Shown piece after piece: positions 18,195 to 27,558 of a DNA stretch of 64,000 bases (position 1 is the first letter of the stretch; each line of letters opens with the position of its first letter). A program made the translations under genes and the position numbers. The DNA is taken from NCBI GenBank assembly GCA_964507955.1, contig CAZDRR010000001.1:344-64343 (forward strand), written 5' to 3'. This DNA is from an uncultured Candidatus Saccharibacteria bacterium (lineage in GTDB: Bacteria > Patescibacteriota > Minisyncoccia > Phycocordibacterales > JAACPR01). The notes beneath the pieces were generated by a model. It had not been told where the DNA came from and searched no databases. It saw only the letters and a list, made by a program, of their open reading frames with translations.

Positions 18195-19118
18195 GTGTCA
18201 GTAACCCGTGTTCATTCTAGTAACTCTCAAATTTCTGTTAACGGAACCAGATTAACAGGCGTCTCACAATTTTCTTTCTCAAAAGAACAAGATGCTACTG
18301 ATTTAAGAGGTCTTGGCAGTTTTTATGTAGATGATCGAATTACACAATCTAATTCTAAAATAGAAACAACTATAGAATGGGCTTTAGGCAAAAACATTTC
18401 CGATCCATTTTTCGATATTCAACAAAGCGGACTTCTCTCTATAGAAAATTTCTTAATTGAAGCTAAAGATACTGTCGGAACTAATACTTTTAGTGGAGCT
18501 TATTTAACATCTTACGGTATCAATGCTTCCGTTGGGGATATCATCAAAGGCACCGTCAAATATGATGTGGATTCTCAAAATTGGAGTCCAAACGCCTTAT
18601 CTATTACCGATCAAACAAATGATTCCTGCCTTCCTTTTGTTCCAAGTAGAATAACAATTCATTCTACTGCCGAAGGGGGAGTTTCTTCCTCTGGAATGTC
18701 GATTCAATCCTTTAATTTTTCACTTCCTATTAATAGAAAGCCTGTTAAACGTGCTGGTAGTAAAAATGTTTCATTTAGATATCCAGAATTGCCGATTATT
18801 GGAGATATTTCGTTTTCTATTTTGAAAAATACCTTAACGGGTATGAAAGAAATCACGGTTTTGGAAAAAGGAACTATAGAAATCAATCTTGAAGACTGTT
18901 TAACTTCTGGAGAAAGAAATTTTCTTTTTCAAAATTGTAATTTGATTTCAATTAACGAATCTCTCAGTTTAGATGGGAATGCTTCTATTGATTTTGGTTA
19001 TAAATTTTCTTATGTTGATGTTTACGATACTCAAAATTATCTTCTTGATTCCAATAATTTAATTATGAAATCTTCTGAAGGTTATATTCTTCTTCCAACA
19101 TTAGTTTTTGCACCATGA
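18195..19118 (+). CDS. Tail-tube paralogue (minor tail protein)
   Basis: Shares IQS...LPxxRxP(I/V) and (L/I)xLDxNxx(V/I)D motifs with 16996..18123. The track start at 18156 lies inside the terminator, whereas GTG 18195 follows GTGTAA by 8 nt. Confidence 0.65.
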   Translation: MSVTRVHSSNSQISVNGTRLTGVSQFSFSKEQDATDLRGLGSFYVDDRITQSNSKIETTIEWALGKNISDPFFDIQQSGLLSIENFLIEAKDTVGTNTFSGAYLTSYGINASVGDIIKGTVKYDVDSQNWSPNALSITDQTNDSCLPFVPSRITIHSTAEGGVSSSGMSIQSFNFSLPINRKPVKRAGSKNVSFRYPELPIIGDISFSILKNTLTGMKEITVLEKGTIEINLEDCLTSGERNFLFQNCNLISINESLSLDGNASIDFGYKFSYVDVYDTQNYLLDSNNLIMKSSEGYILLPTLVFAP

Positions 19119-19567
19119 AAGTATATTCCCAACAAAATCTTCATAGTGATTTCACGGCTAATTTAGAGTTTACAATCAATTCTCCTTCAGAAATTTTTGC
19201 TTTCTCTGTCGGTCTTGGCACGGGCGAAGGGTTTTTCCAAACAGGATTTTCTTTTTCTGGCTATAATGGTTATTTATTTGATCAAAGTGGAAATTTCTTT
19301 GGAGGATATCAAAGTGGCAAATCTTTTTCCATTCAAGCAAATGTTTTCGATGGGAATAGACTTAGTTATTTTTATAACGATACTCTTATTGCGAATAATA
19401 TTGCTGTAGCAACAGGATTGAATTGCTTTGAATTTAATAAAAATTCCGATGATTCAGTTCAAATTAGTTTTGCATCTATTAAACCGTCAAATTATCTAGG
19501 ATTTTTAAATGATGTTGATGGAATTTATCTTCTTTCTTCTGAAACTTTGTTCTTGAAGACAAATTAA
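19115..19567 (+). CDS. Minor tail protein, beta-sandwich-like
   Basis: 150 aa, aromatic and Gly-rich; ATGA overlap. Confidence 0.5.
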   Translation: MKVYSQQNLHSDFTANLEFTINSPSEIFAFSVGLGTGEGFFQTGFSFSGYNGYLFDQSGNFFGGYQSGKSFSIQANVFDGNRLSYFYNDTLIANNIAVATGLNCFEFNKNSDDSVQISFASIKPSNYLGFLNDVDGIYLLSSETLFLKTN

Positions 19568-19595
19568 TTGAAATATTCGTTTTTGCGCCTATAAT
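19568..19595 (+). promoter_or_regulatory. sigma70-type promoter
   Basis: TTGAAA-N16-TATAAT, with ATG 11 nt downstream. Confidence 0.7.
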
Positions 19596-19606
19596 TTATC
19601 ATAGAA

Positions 19607-20467
19607 ATGAAAGAGATCTACACTTTTATCGCAACAAGCAAGGTTGAAAAACAAGTGCCAATTATGAAAAAGGTTGGCAAGGAAAATGTCCAATCTACAA
19701 AATCTGTAATTGAAGACGTAAAAACCAGAATTGTCTTCGTCAAGCCTTCAATGTCCACGGTGGAAGCTGCCGAATTCTTTTACGGACAAAAATTTAATGA
19801 ATATATTAATGCTGGTTTCTTGACCAGAGCCATGTTGAATAAAAAGATGGGGGATATTGGTGGACTAGCATCTAAAATGACTCAAGAGGGTCTTCAAAAA
19901 CTGATTCTGGATAATATCAATGCAACACAACTTGTAGAATTTTATGGAGGTTCTAAAACCCTCAACGAAGAACAAACTAAATTGCTGGAACAAGCTAAAG
20001 AAAAAATCGTTTCGACAAGAACTGAAATTTTGGAATACGAACAAGCCATGCGTTCCCAATTCTCGCAAACAGCAGATACTAAAGCAGAACAAAAATTAAT
20101 TGAATGGCTTGTTTTCAACCAATCTTTTTATGAAGAAGAAGTTGATAATAAGAAACAACTTTTCCCATTGTTCGCTGGCGACTCCTTCGATGAAAAAAGA
20201 GCTTTATATTTGGAACTTTGCGAAGATATCTCAGATATCCAAGATCCAACTGTTTTAAAAATTAAAAACATTTTTGACCAATCTTTCTCTACTTTGGTAA
20301 GGGTAGCGAGCATTTGGTATAATAAAATTGCAGATACTCAGGAAACGATTGATAAAGCTTTGCAGGAAATGTTTGACGATACAGAAGTAAAAGTTGATAC
20401 ATTGACCTCTCCTGAACAAGCTCAAGATGAAACAGGAGCAACAATCGAAGCTTCTCAAGAGGGCTAA
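19607..20467 (+). CDS. Tail assembly chaperone (putative)
   Basis: Helical protein between the tail tube and tape measure genes. Confidence 0.55.
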   Translation: MKEIYTFIATSKVEKQVPIMKKVGKENVQSTKSVIEDVKTRIVFVKPSMSTVEAAEFFYGQKFNEYINAGFLTRAMLNKKMGDIGGLASKMTQEGLQKLILDNINATQLVEFYGGSKTLNEEQTKLLEQAKEKIVSTRTEILEYEQAMRSQFSQTADTKAEQKLIEWLVFNQSFYEEEVDNKKQLFPLFAGDSFDEKRALYLELCEDISDIQDPTVLKIKNIFDQSFSTLVRVASIWYNKIADTQETIDKALQEMFDDTEVKVDTLTSPEQAQDETGATIEASQEG

Positions 20468-21317
20468 TTCAGCTTTATTGGATATATATCGAGGCCATAG
20501 CGTGTTAAACGCGAATGGCCGTATTTTTTATTTTAAGCACTTCTCCATTTTAGATACTTTAAAAATGGAGGAAGAATACGAAAAATATTTGCTGATTGCT
20601 AAAAAGAATGGCATTAAAACCGAAGAAGAATTGATTGATATGGCCATCAGTCAAAAAAAATGGTCAAAAGCCAAGGAAGAATCCCAACAATCTTTAAGAT
20701 GGAGTATAGATAAGTTGAATGAAACTTTAAAGAAAATTTCTGATACTCAAATGCAGAAAAATGTCAAAGCTTCGATTGAAGGCAAAGAAAAGGAACTTGA
20801 ATCTCTTGCCTTGGAGCGTAAGGCAATTACTAATTACAGCGCCGAAAATTTTGCAGAACATAAAAGAATGAAGTATTTACTGGAAATCAGTTGTTTTGAA
20901 GATGAAGCCTGCACGACTAATCTTAAAGAAGAAGATCTACTTATTGCTTATTTTGCATTCTTTGAAAAATTAGGAGAATTGAATGAACGCAATTTTTTAT
21001 TAAATGTCGCGTTTAATACTCCGTTTTTTGAATTGTTTTCTTTAAACTATAGACAACCAAGCGTTCTATTTGAAAAATCGGGCCTTAATCTAACCATTTT
21101 TCAGAGAAATTTGTTGGTTTACGCAAATTCCCTGTTAAATAAATTGAAGTCCACAACTATTCCTGATGGTATAGCGAATGATCCAGTGAAGATTCTGGAT
21201 TATTCAGAAGAAACGGCTAATACAAAAGCTTCAAAAGTTTCTCATGGTATTGGAGATTTAGTTGAAAAGAATAAAGCCAGAGGCGGAACTTTAAAACCCG
21301 AAGATTTTCTGACTTAA
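20427..21317 (+). CDS. Second tail assembly chaperone (putative)
   Basis: Directly upstream of the tape measure gene; coiled coil. Confidence 0.55.
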   Translation: MKQEQQSKLLKRANSALLDIYRGHSVLNANGRIFYFKHFSILDTLKMEEEYEKYLLIAKKNGIKTEEELIDMAISQKKWSKAKEESQQSLRWSIDKLNETLKKISDTQMQKNVKASIEGKEKELESLALERKAITNYSAENFAEHKRMKYLLEISCFEDEACTTNLKEEDLLIAYFAFFEKLGELNERNFLLNVAFNTPFFELFSLNYRQPSVLFEKSGLNLTIFQRNLLVYANSLLNKLKSTTIPDGIANDPVKILDYSEETANTKASKVSHGIGDLVEKNKARGGTLKPEDFLT

Positions 21318-21336
21318 TTATGTGTAATTAAGATAG

Positions 21337-24300
21337 ATGCCTCAAGGTCAAGGAAGTTTTAATGTTAGTGCGAATCTGGTTCTGAATCCTCAGAGCCTTG
21401 TTCAAGCGTCTCGTCAAGCTAAACAAGCTTTGGGACGTATTACTGGACAAGCTTCGGAATTCCAAAAATCTCTGGATGCATCTACAGCGCGTGTTTTCGC
21501 GTTCGGCGCTACTACAAGCGTTTTAACAGGTGTGGCTTCTGCTTTTAAAGCTTTGGTTGCTTCGACTATTAGCGTTGAAAAACGTTTGGTCGAAATTAAC
21601 TCTATTTTAAATGCTTCGGCATCTGATTTTGCTGACTTTAGAAACACAATTTTCTCTGTAGCAAAATCTACTGGACAATCTTTTGATATTGTCGCTGATG
21701 CGGCTGCGGAATTAGCTCGTCAAGGTTTAAGTGCCGCAGAGACAGCAAAAAGATTAGAAGCGGCGTTAATTTTGACTCGCGTATCGGGTTTGGATTCTGT
21801 TAAATCAGTTAATGCCCTTACAGCCGCAATTAATGGCTATACTTCTGCTGGACTCACTGCCGAACAAATTACTAATAAATTAGTTGCTGTGGATACGAAC
21901 TTTGCTGTATCTGCAAAAGATTTAGCGGAAGCTTTAAGTCGTGCGGGTTCTACGGCGGAAGATGCTGGGGTTAGTTTCGATGAATTATTGGGTATCGTTA
22001 CCGCCGTTCAACAAACAACGTCGCGTGGTGGCGCTGTTATTGGTAACGCTTTAAAATCCATCTTCACTCGTTTAGGTAGAGGAAAAACTATTGATTCCTT
22101 ACAAGCTCTTGGTGTAGCTATTGATGCTTCGCAATCTGGCGTTCAAAAGTTACAAGCATTAGCTTCGGCATTATCTCAAATTAGTGATCCAACACAAGCA
22201 AACGCTATTAAAGAACTCGCTGGTGGTGTTTATCAAATCAACCTTGTAAGTGCGGCTTTAAAAGATTTACAATCGCAATCTTCGATTTTTTCTCAAGCTA
22301 CTGCGATTTCTTCTAAAGCAACGAATGAAGCATTAATTAAAAACGAACAATTAAATCAATCTATTGCAGCTCAAATTAATACTTTGGTCGCTGGAGTTAC
22401 TAATTTAGCTGAAAAAATTGGACAATTGACATTTGCCCCTGTTCTAAAAAGTCTTCTTTCTTTAACCAATAAATTTGTTGGATGGTTGGATACAGCTTTA
22501 GATCCAGAAAAAGGTAATAAATTTATTCAAGCATTATTTAAAACAATAGGTTCTTTCTTAGGAGGTCCAGCTATCGTATTAGTAACAGCAGCATTTTTGA
22601 AAATTTTTACATTAGTTGCTAGATATGCTAAAGAAGGTTTTAAAACGGTTCTAAATATCGGCACACAAACTGAACGTATTAAAAATCTTGAAGCTGGGAT
22701 CAAAACATTCCTAGACAAAAATGCCAAACTCCATGAATTAATTAGCAATTCTACATTAACAGAAGCTCAAAAACATCAATTAATTTTAGATGTTATTAAA
22801 CAAGAAAATAGAGAATTAGCAAAACAGCAACAATTATTAACAAGTCTAGCAAATTTTGCATATTCAAAAGGCGTTCGTGGTTTCAATGAAGATTTATCCG
22901 CTTATGGGAAAGGCGGTAAGAAAATCAGCGCGGCTGGTTTTATTCCTAATTTCGCCAATGGGCAAATGCTTGAAAATATTGGGGCGCAACAACATGGCTA
23001 CAAAGCTGGAAAAGCCCGCCAAATCCGCATCCACGATGGAAATGGAAAATCTTTTAATTCTTTCGTAAACGACAGGGAAAAGATCTTTAACTTCACTAAC
23101 TCGAAAGGTAATAGAGCAACCATTGTTCGTCCTCCAAATGGATTCGGCGCAGGAACGCAAGTTGCTGGTATGGCATCTGGATTTATTCCTAATTTTGCGA
23201 ACTTTGAAGGTTGGAGTCGTGCTGCTTTAGACGCAGTATTAAATGGTTTAAGAAAAAGTCCTCGCGAATTACAAGCAAAACTTTCAGGAGCAAGAACCAC
23301 TCCCGCAGAATTACAAGCTATTCAATTTTTATTGAAAGCCATGGGTTCAGGCACTTTTAATAAAAATGAAATCAAACAAGAAGTTGAAGCTCTGATTAGA
23401 AAACCTCGCGAAGTAGCAAAAGAATTTGTTACTCCTCAAAGTTTAAATCAAGGAGACAGTTTAAGATTAATTCTTGGGAAGATTGGAGCTAAATCTATTG
23501 ATGATCTAGCTAAATATAAAAATGCTGGTTTAGACTCTTATAATTTATCTTCTCTTGGAGGATCTTCGAAAGTTTATCGTTCTGTATTAGATAGTTATTT
23601 TTCCAGAAATGCCCAAGCAAGATTTGAAAATCAAGCCAAAGAAGAAAAAAATCGCTTAGAAAATTTCATTGACGAATATACTGTCAGCGCAAATAGCATC
23701 GGAGGTATTGGATTAATTAGTCCTCGTTTCGGAGGGCAGGGCAGAACTTTTGCTAAAATGCCTTTATATGGAATTAACTCCCTATATAAACTAAAAGGAG
23801 CGGATGGAACGCCATTTTTAGGCAAGAAAGACGAAAAAGCTATATTTAATAAGAAATCTACAATGACGATTTCTGACATTACAACTTCTGGAGTGCCTTC
23901 TGGTCAAGATGTTGTAGATATATCTAAAAATATAAATGAATTCTTCGCGGGACCATTAGTTAATCTTGCGGATAGCATGTATGGTCAATTGTTTGATGTA
24001 TCCAATCGTTCGGAATTCCAAAACGATTTAGCTAAATTTAAAGCTACAAGTGCGGGGGGTATATTATCTCCATCCGCAGAAGGAGCTATTTTTGAATCTG
24101 CAAGTAAAATTGCTCTTTCTTCGATGAAAGAGATGAAGAGTATTTTTGATCCTACTGATACAAATAGGCCATTTGACTTTTCAAATTCCGCCGCTCTTAA
24201 AAAAATCTTAGGTATTAATGTTCTTAAAGGTGAAGCTAAAAGGCTTGGTGAAAAACAAATAACTGGACAAACCAACGGCCTTGTTATCAAGGCTTTCAAT

Positions 24301-27300
24301 GATCCAGATTATAGCCCAAAATTAATCAAGCAAATGTATGAACAATACTTGTCTTCTCCAAATCGAGTATTAGAAAAAACGAAAAAAGCTGCAAGTGGTT
24401 TTATCCCAAATTTTGTAGGTAAGAGTTCTTTAATTGGAGAGGGATTCTTTGGAAAGTTTCATAAATTAAACGATACTTTGGGAGTGAAACGTTTTAAGAA
24501 AAATCGTTATAAGAACCCCGACGCCCTTTCAGAAGCGATAGCCGAAGAATTCGCGATTTCTAAAATTCTTGCAGAAGAACCTTTGGTTTCTGGCGTAGAT
24601 GCTCCAGATGTTGTCGATACTTTACAACGAGCATTGCAAGCTAAAAGCGTTCGCAAAAAAATAATTTCTGATCCAGTTGCGATAAAGGCTATTGGTGGAC
24701 ATGAATCTAATCAATTAGGCGATGTTATCTCTAATTTGTTAGATAACGCGGGCATGCAAGCAGAAGACTTGCATGGCAATAACTTCACAGTAAATCAAGC
24801 TGCCGAAGAATATATTCGTAAAAATGATGATTGGTTAACTTTAAAATCGTCTTTTGAAAGAACATATGCTGGTAATAAAAATTATTTACAAGATATTGCT
24901 CAAGCAGGAGGTAAAATTAACATTTTGGACGCAGGTTATATGCGCCCAATGACTGAGCATTTATTTAATCTCTATAAAAAATATAGCACTCTACCAGCAT
25001 CACAAGCCGCAGGTTTCATTCCAAACTATTCCAAAGCATTAAAAGACGCTGTTAAACGTGAAATTTCCGCAGGAGTAGATCCTTCCAAGGTTTATATTGA
25101 TCAACATTCTTCATTACGTTCTTCCCGTAATCCAAGTGGATTAATGGTAGCGAATACTATTGATGAACCAAAAGGAGGAATCCAAGGAATTAATAGGGCC
25201 AGAAAAGAAGGTCGTAATCCAAAAATGTATGGTGCCGCAAAAGGATTTATTCCTAATTATGCAAAAAAAAGATATGGTAAAAAAGAGAATAAAATATCTG
25301 ATACTTCTCAAATTACTACTCCTCTTTTACCACAAATTAAAGAAAATGCATTAATTGCTTTGCCGAAAGAAATTAATGATATGATTCGCAATGCTCATAA
25401 TTTTAACGTAGCTTCTTTAGAAGCGTCTAAAGATTTACAAAAATTAAATAAAGAATTATCTCCAGAAAAAACGCCTTTTTCAAAAAAAATTTCTAAATTA
25501 AAAGAAAAAACGTCTCTTTTTACAGAAGCTTATTCTGAATCTAGTTTGAAGAGAGACCAAGGCCAAGGATTTTTAGGAAAAATTCAATCTCATACAGGTA
25601 AAATTCAAGGATCTTTATTGAGCTTGTCTTTAGGAGCAAATATGCTTGGAGATTCAATGCCAGAATTATCTGATACTATTACAAAAGCAACTACAGCTCT
25701 TTCTATTCTTGATTTATCAAGTGGTCTTTTTGGCCCTCTAGTTTCTGGAATAAAAGGTTTATCCGCTGCTATAGGAGGAGCAACTGTTGGAATTTTTGCA
25801 ATTACAGCGGCAGCAGCAGGCGTATCCGCATACTTATTCAATAAAGAAACAAGTAGGTTAGTAGATGCTCAAGAAAAAAATATTGCAGGTATAGAAGAAG
25901 AAACCCGAGTAAGGGCGCAAAAATTGACATTAAGCAGAACTGCAAAAGAAGCTGGAGTTACTGATTTGACAGGTTTGTATAGGCAAACTCGCGGAACAAA
26001 AATTGGTAATCAAATTAATTCTTTGCAAGATCAATTAAAACAAGCCTATAAAGCAAATGATTACGATAAAATCGAAGAAGTTCGTCAAAAATTATTAGAG
26101 GCATTTCGAGAAGCTGCTAAAGAAACTAATATTTATAATATTCAATTAAAGGAATTAAAAGATAGTTCTTTATTACTTGCCGATACATTCATCGCTCAAT
26201 CTGATAAAATCTCCACCGCTATTGGAAAAATAGTTTCTAAACTAGAAAATCAAGCTTTAGCCAATAAAGTTGCAAGCAATGTTCCTTTAAGAGACGAAGC
26301 CAAATATGGAGATAGACTAAGTAATTTGTTAAAAATTCAATCTAATAAAAACCAAGCTCTTCAAGCGAATGCTGGATTTTTACAGTCCTTTTTCCAAAAG
26401 GCAAAATTTGATGAAGCGGGCAAATTAACTTCTGGAGGTATTTTTGATTTGATCAAACAACGTTTGGAAACAGATCAAGCTTTTGGTCTAACAAGTCCCA
26501 CTGGTTATAACAAGCAACAAGATATCAGTAATCAAATTACTTCTGGAAAGTTTTTGAAAGATTCATTCAAGTCTTTTATGGAAGGCGGAACAGACGCTTT
26601 AAAATCAAAGTTAGAAGAAGCAATCGGTCCTATTAAAGATAATGAAGCGGGGCAACAATTTTTAGATTCTGTCAAAGAAGCGGCTCTAAATTTTCGTGAT
26701 CAAACTATTGAAGCCTACCAATCGGTTAAAAATACTCAGTTGGAAATCATTAATAAATTAATTGATTCTATTAGTGAATTAAAAAATGCACAAAATGAAT
26801 CCTTGAGGACTCTTCCTTCAAAAGTTTCAGAAATTAAATCAGGTGAATCTGTCGATCCATTATTCTTGTTCAAGAAATTTCAAGAAGCGGCAAAATTATT
26901 GAATTCTTCTGATTTATCTACACGCGCACAAGGAACTAATATTTTAGGATCTATTTCTGGAGGCACAGATATCTTTAAAAAACTTTTTGGGGACAAGGCT
27001 TTGACAAGCCTCCAAGTATCGGCGGGATTAAAACCTTCCGATGTTTCCAAGGCTGTCGGTTCTGCAACAATGGATAGAACAAATTTCGCAATGATAAAAA
27101 ATTCTATCAAAGAAATGTTTGGCGGTAATGAATTTTTCAGAGCATCTCAAGCATTAGATAAAGCCAAGCAAGATCCAACAAAAATTAATGATCTAATTAA
27201 TATAATTAAATCTTCTTTAACAACAAGAAATGCTGAAAAAGGAAAAGCTTTAATTAACACTTTGACATCTATTTCTCAAGCTTCTTTTGAAAATGAAGAA

Positions 27301-27558
27301 GTTGAAAAAATTAAAAAGAGCCAAAACGAATTGGCTTCAAAATTACAAGAAACAACAATCGAAGTCGAAAAATTCCGCACTCTTATGAAAGATACTGGAA
27401 TTCCAGACTCTATTGATAGCCTAAGCAAATCTGTATTTGAAGCATCTGAGAATCTTAAAGATTTTAACTCTTTTACAAAAAGTTTATCAAACCTATCTCT
27501 TTCTGTAACTTCTCGTTTAGATGAATTAACTCAAAGAGTCAATAAATTAAGCTCTTAA
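21337..27558 (+). CDS. Tape measure protein with internal repeat-delimited cargo domains
   Basis: TP901-type core (LAEALSRAGSTAEDAGVSFDELLG...GNALKSIFTRL), two hydrophobic regions, 2073 aa, and five AxGFIPN(F/Y) repeats. Confidence 0.92.
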   Translation: MPQGQGSFNVSANLVLNPQSLVQASRQAKQALGRITGQASEFQKSLDASTARVFAFGATTSVLTGVASAFKALVASTISVEKRLVEINSILNASASDFADFRNTIFSVAKSTGQSFDIVADAAAELARQGLSAAETAKRLEAALILTRVSGLDSVKSVNALTAAINGYTSAGLTAEQITNKLVAVDTNFAVSAKDLAEALSRAGSTAEDAGVSFDELLGIVTAVQQTTSRGGAVIGNALKSIFTRLGRGKTIDSLQALGVAIDASQSGVQKLQALASALSQISDPTQANAIKELAGGVYQINLVSAALKDLQSQSSIFSQATAISSKATNEALIKNEQLNQSIAAQINTLVAGVTNLAEKIGQLTFAPVLKSLLSLTNKFVGWLDTALDPEKGNKFIQALFKTIGSFLGGPAIVLVTAAFLKIFTLVARYAKEGFKTVLNIGTQTERIKNLEAGIKTFLDKNAKLHELISNSTLTEAQKHQLILDVIKQENRELAKQQQLLTSLANFAYSKGVRGFNEDLSAYGKGGKKISAAGFIPNFANGQMLENIGAQQHGYKAGKARQIRIHDGNGKSFNSFVNDREKIFNFTNSKGNRATIVRPPNGFGAGTQVAGMASGFIPNFANFEGWSRAALDAVLNGLRKSPRELQAKLSGARTTPAELQAIQFLLKAMGSGTFNKNEIKQEVEALIRKPREVAKEFVTPQSLNQGDSLRLILGKIGAKSIDDLAKYKNAGLDSYNLSSLGGSSKVYRSVLDSYFSRNAQARFENQAKEEKNRLENFIDEYTVSANSIGGIGLISPRFGGQGRTFAKMPLYGINSLYKLKGADGTPFLGKKDEKAIFNKKSTMTISDITTSGVPSGQDVVDISKNINEFFAGPLVNLADSMYGQLFDVSNRSEFQNDLAKFKATSAGGILSPSAEGAIFESASKIALSSMKEMKSIFDPTDTNRPFDFSNSAALKKILGINVLKGEAKRLGEKQITGQTNGLVIKAFNDPDYSPKLIKQMYEQYLSSPNRVLEKTKKAASGFIPNFVGKSSLIGEGFFGKFHKLNDTLGVKRFKKNRYKNPDALSEAIAEEFAISKILAEEPLVSGVDAPDVVDTLQRALQAKSVRKKIISDPVAIKAIGGHESNQLGDVISNLLDNAGMQAEDLHGNNFTVNQAAEEYIRKNDDWLTLKSSFERTYAGNKNYLQDIAQAGGKINILDAGYMRPMTEHLFNLYKKYSTLPASQAAGFIPNYSKALKDAVKREISAGVDPSKVYIDQHSSLRSSRNPSGLMVANTIDEPKGGIQGINRARKEGRNPKMYGAAKGFIPNYAKKRYGKKENKISDTSQITTPLLPQIKENALIALPKEINDMIRNAHNFNVASLEASKDLQKLNKELSPEKTPFSKKISKLKEKTSLFTEAYSESSLKRDQGQGFLGKIQSHTGKIQGSLLSLSLGANMLGDSMPELSDTITKATTALSILDLSSGLFGPLVSGIKGLSAAIGGATVGIFAITAAAAGVSAYLFNKETSRLVDAQEKNIAGIEEETRVRAQKLTLSRTAKEAGVTDLTGLYRQTRGTKIGNQINSLQDQLKQAYKANDYDKIEEVRQKLLEAFREAAKETNIYNIQLKELKDSSLLLADTFIAQSDKISTAIGKIVSKLENQALANKVASNVPLRDEAKYGDRLSNLLKIQSNKNQALQANAGFLQSFFQKAKFDEAGKLTSGGIFDLIKQRLETDQAFGLTSPTGYNKQQDISNQITSGKFLKDSFKSFMEGGTDALKSKLEEAIGPIKDNEAGQQFLDSVKEAALNFRDQTIEAYQSVKNTQLEIINKLIDSISELKNAQNESLRTLPSKVSEIKSGESVDPLFLFKKFQEAAKLLNSSDLSTRAQGTNILGSISGGTDIFKKLFGDKALTSLQVSAGLKPSDVSKAVGSATMDRTNFAMIKNSIKEMFGGNEFFRASQALDKAKQDPTKINDLINIIKSSLTTRNAEKGKALINTLTSISQASFENEEVEKIKKSQNELASKLQETTIEVEKFRTLMKDTGIPDSIDSLSKSVFEASENLKDFNSFTKSLSNLSLSVTSRLDELTQRVNKLSS
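22930..25263 (+). repeat. Five dispersed AxGFIPN(F/Y)x peptide repeats inside the tape measure gene
   Basis: 22930-22956 AAGFIPNFA; 23173-23199 ASGFIPNFA; 24391-24417 ASGFIPNFV; 25006-25032 AAGFIPNYS; 25237-25263 AKGFIPNYA. Confidence 0.95.

Noticed and set aside
20400-20467. Programmed frameshift joining the two tail chaperone genes (lambda G/GT style)
   Set aside because: The second ORF is in the +1 frame, is closed by TGA at 20403, has its own ATG, and no XXXYYYZ slippery heptamer is present in the overlap.
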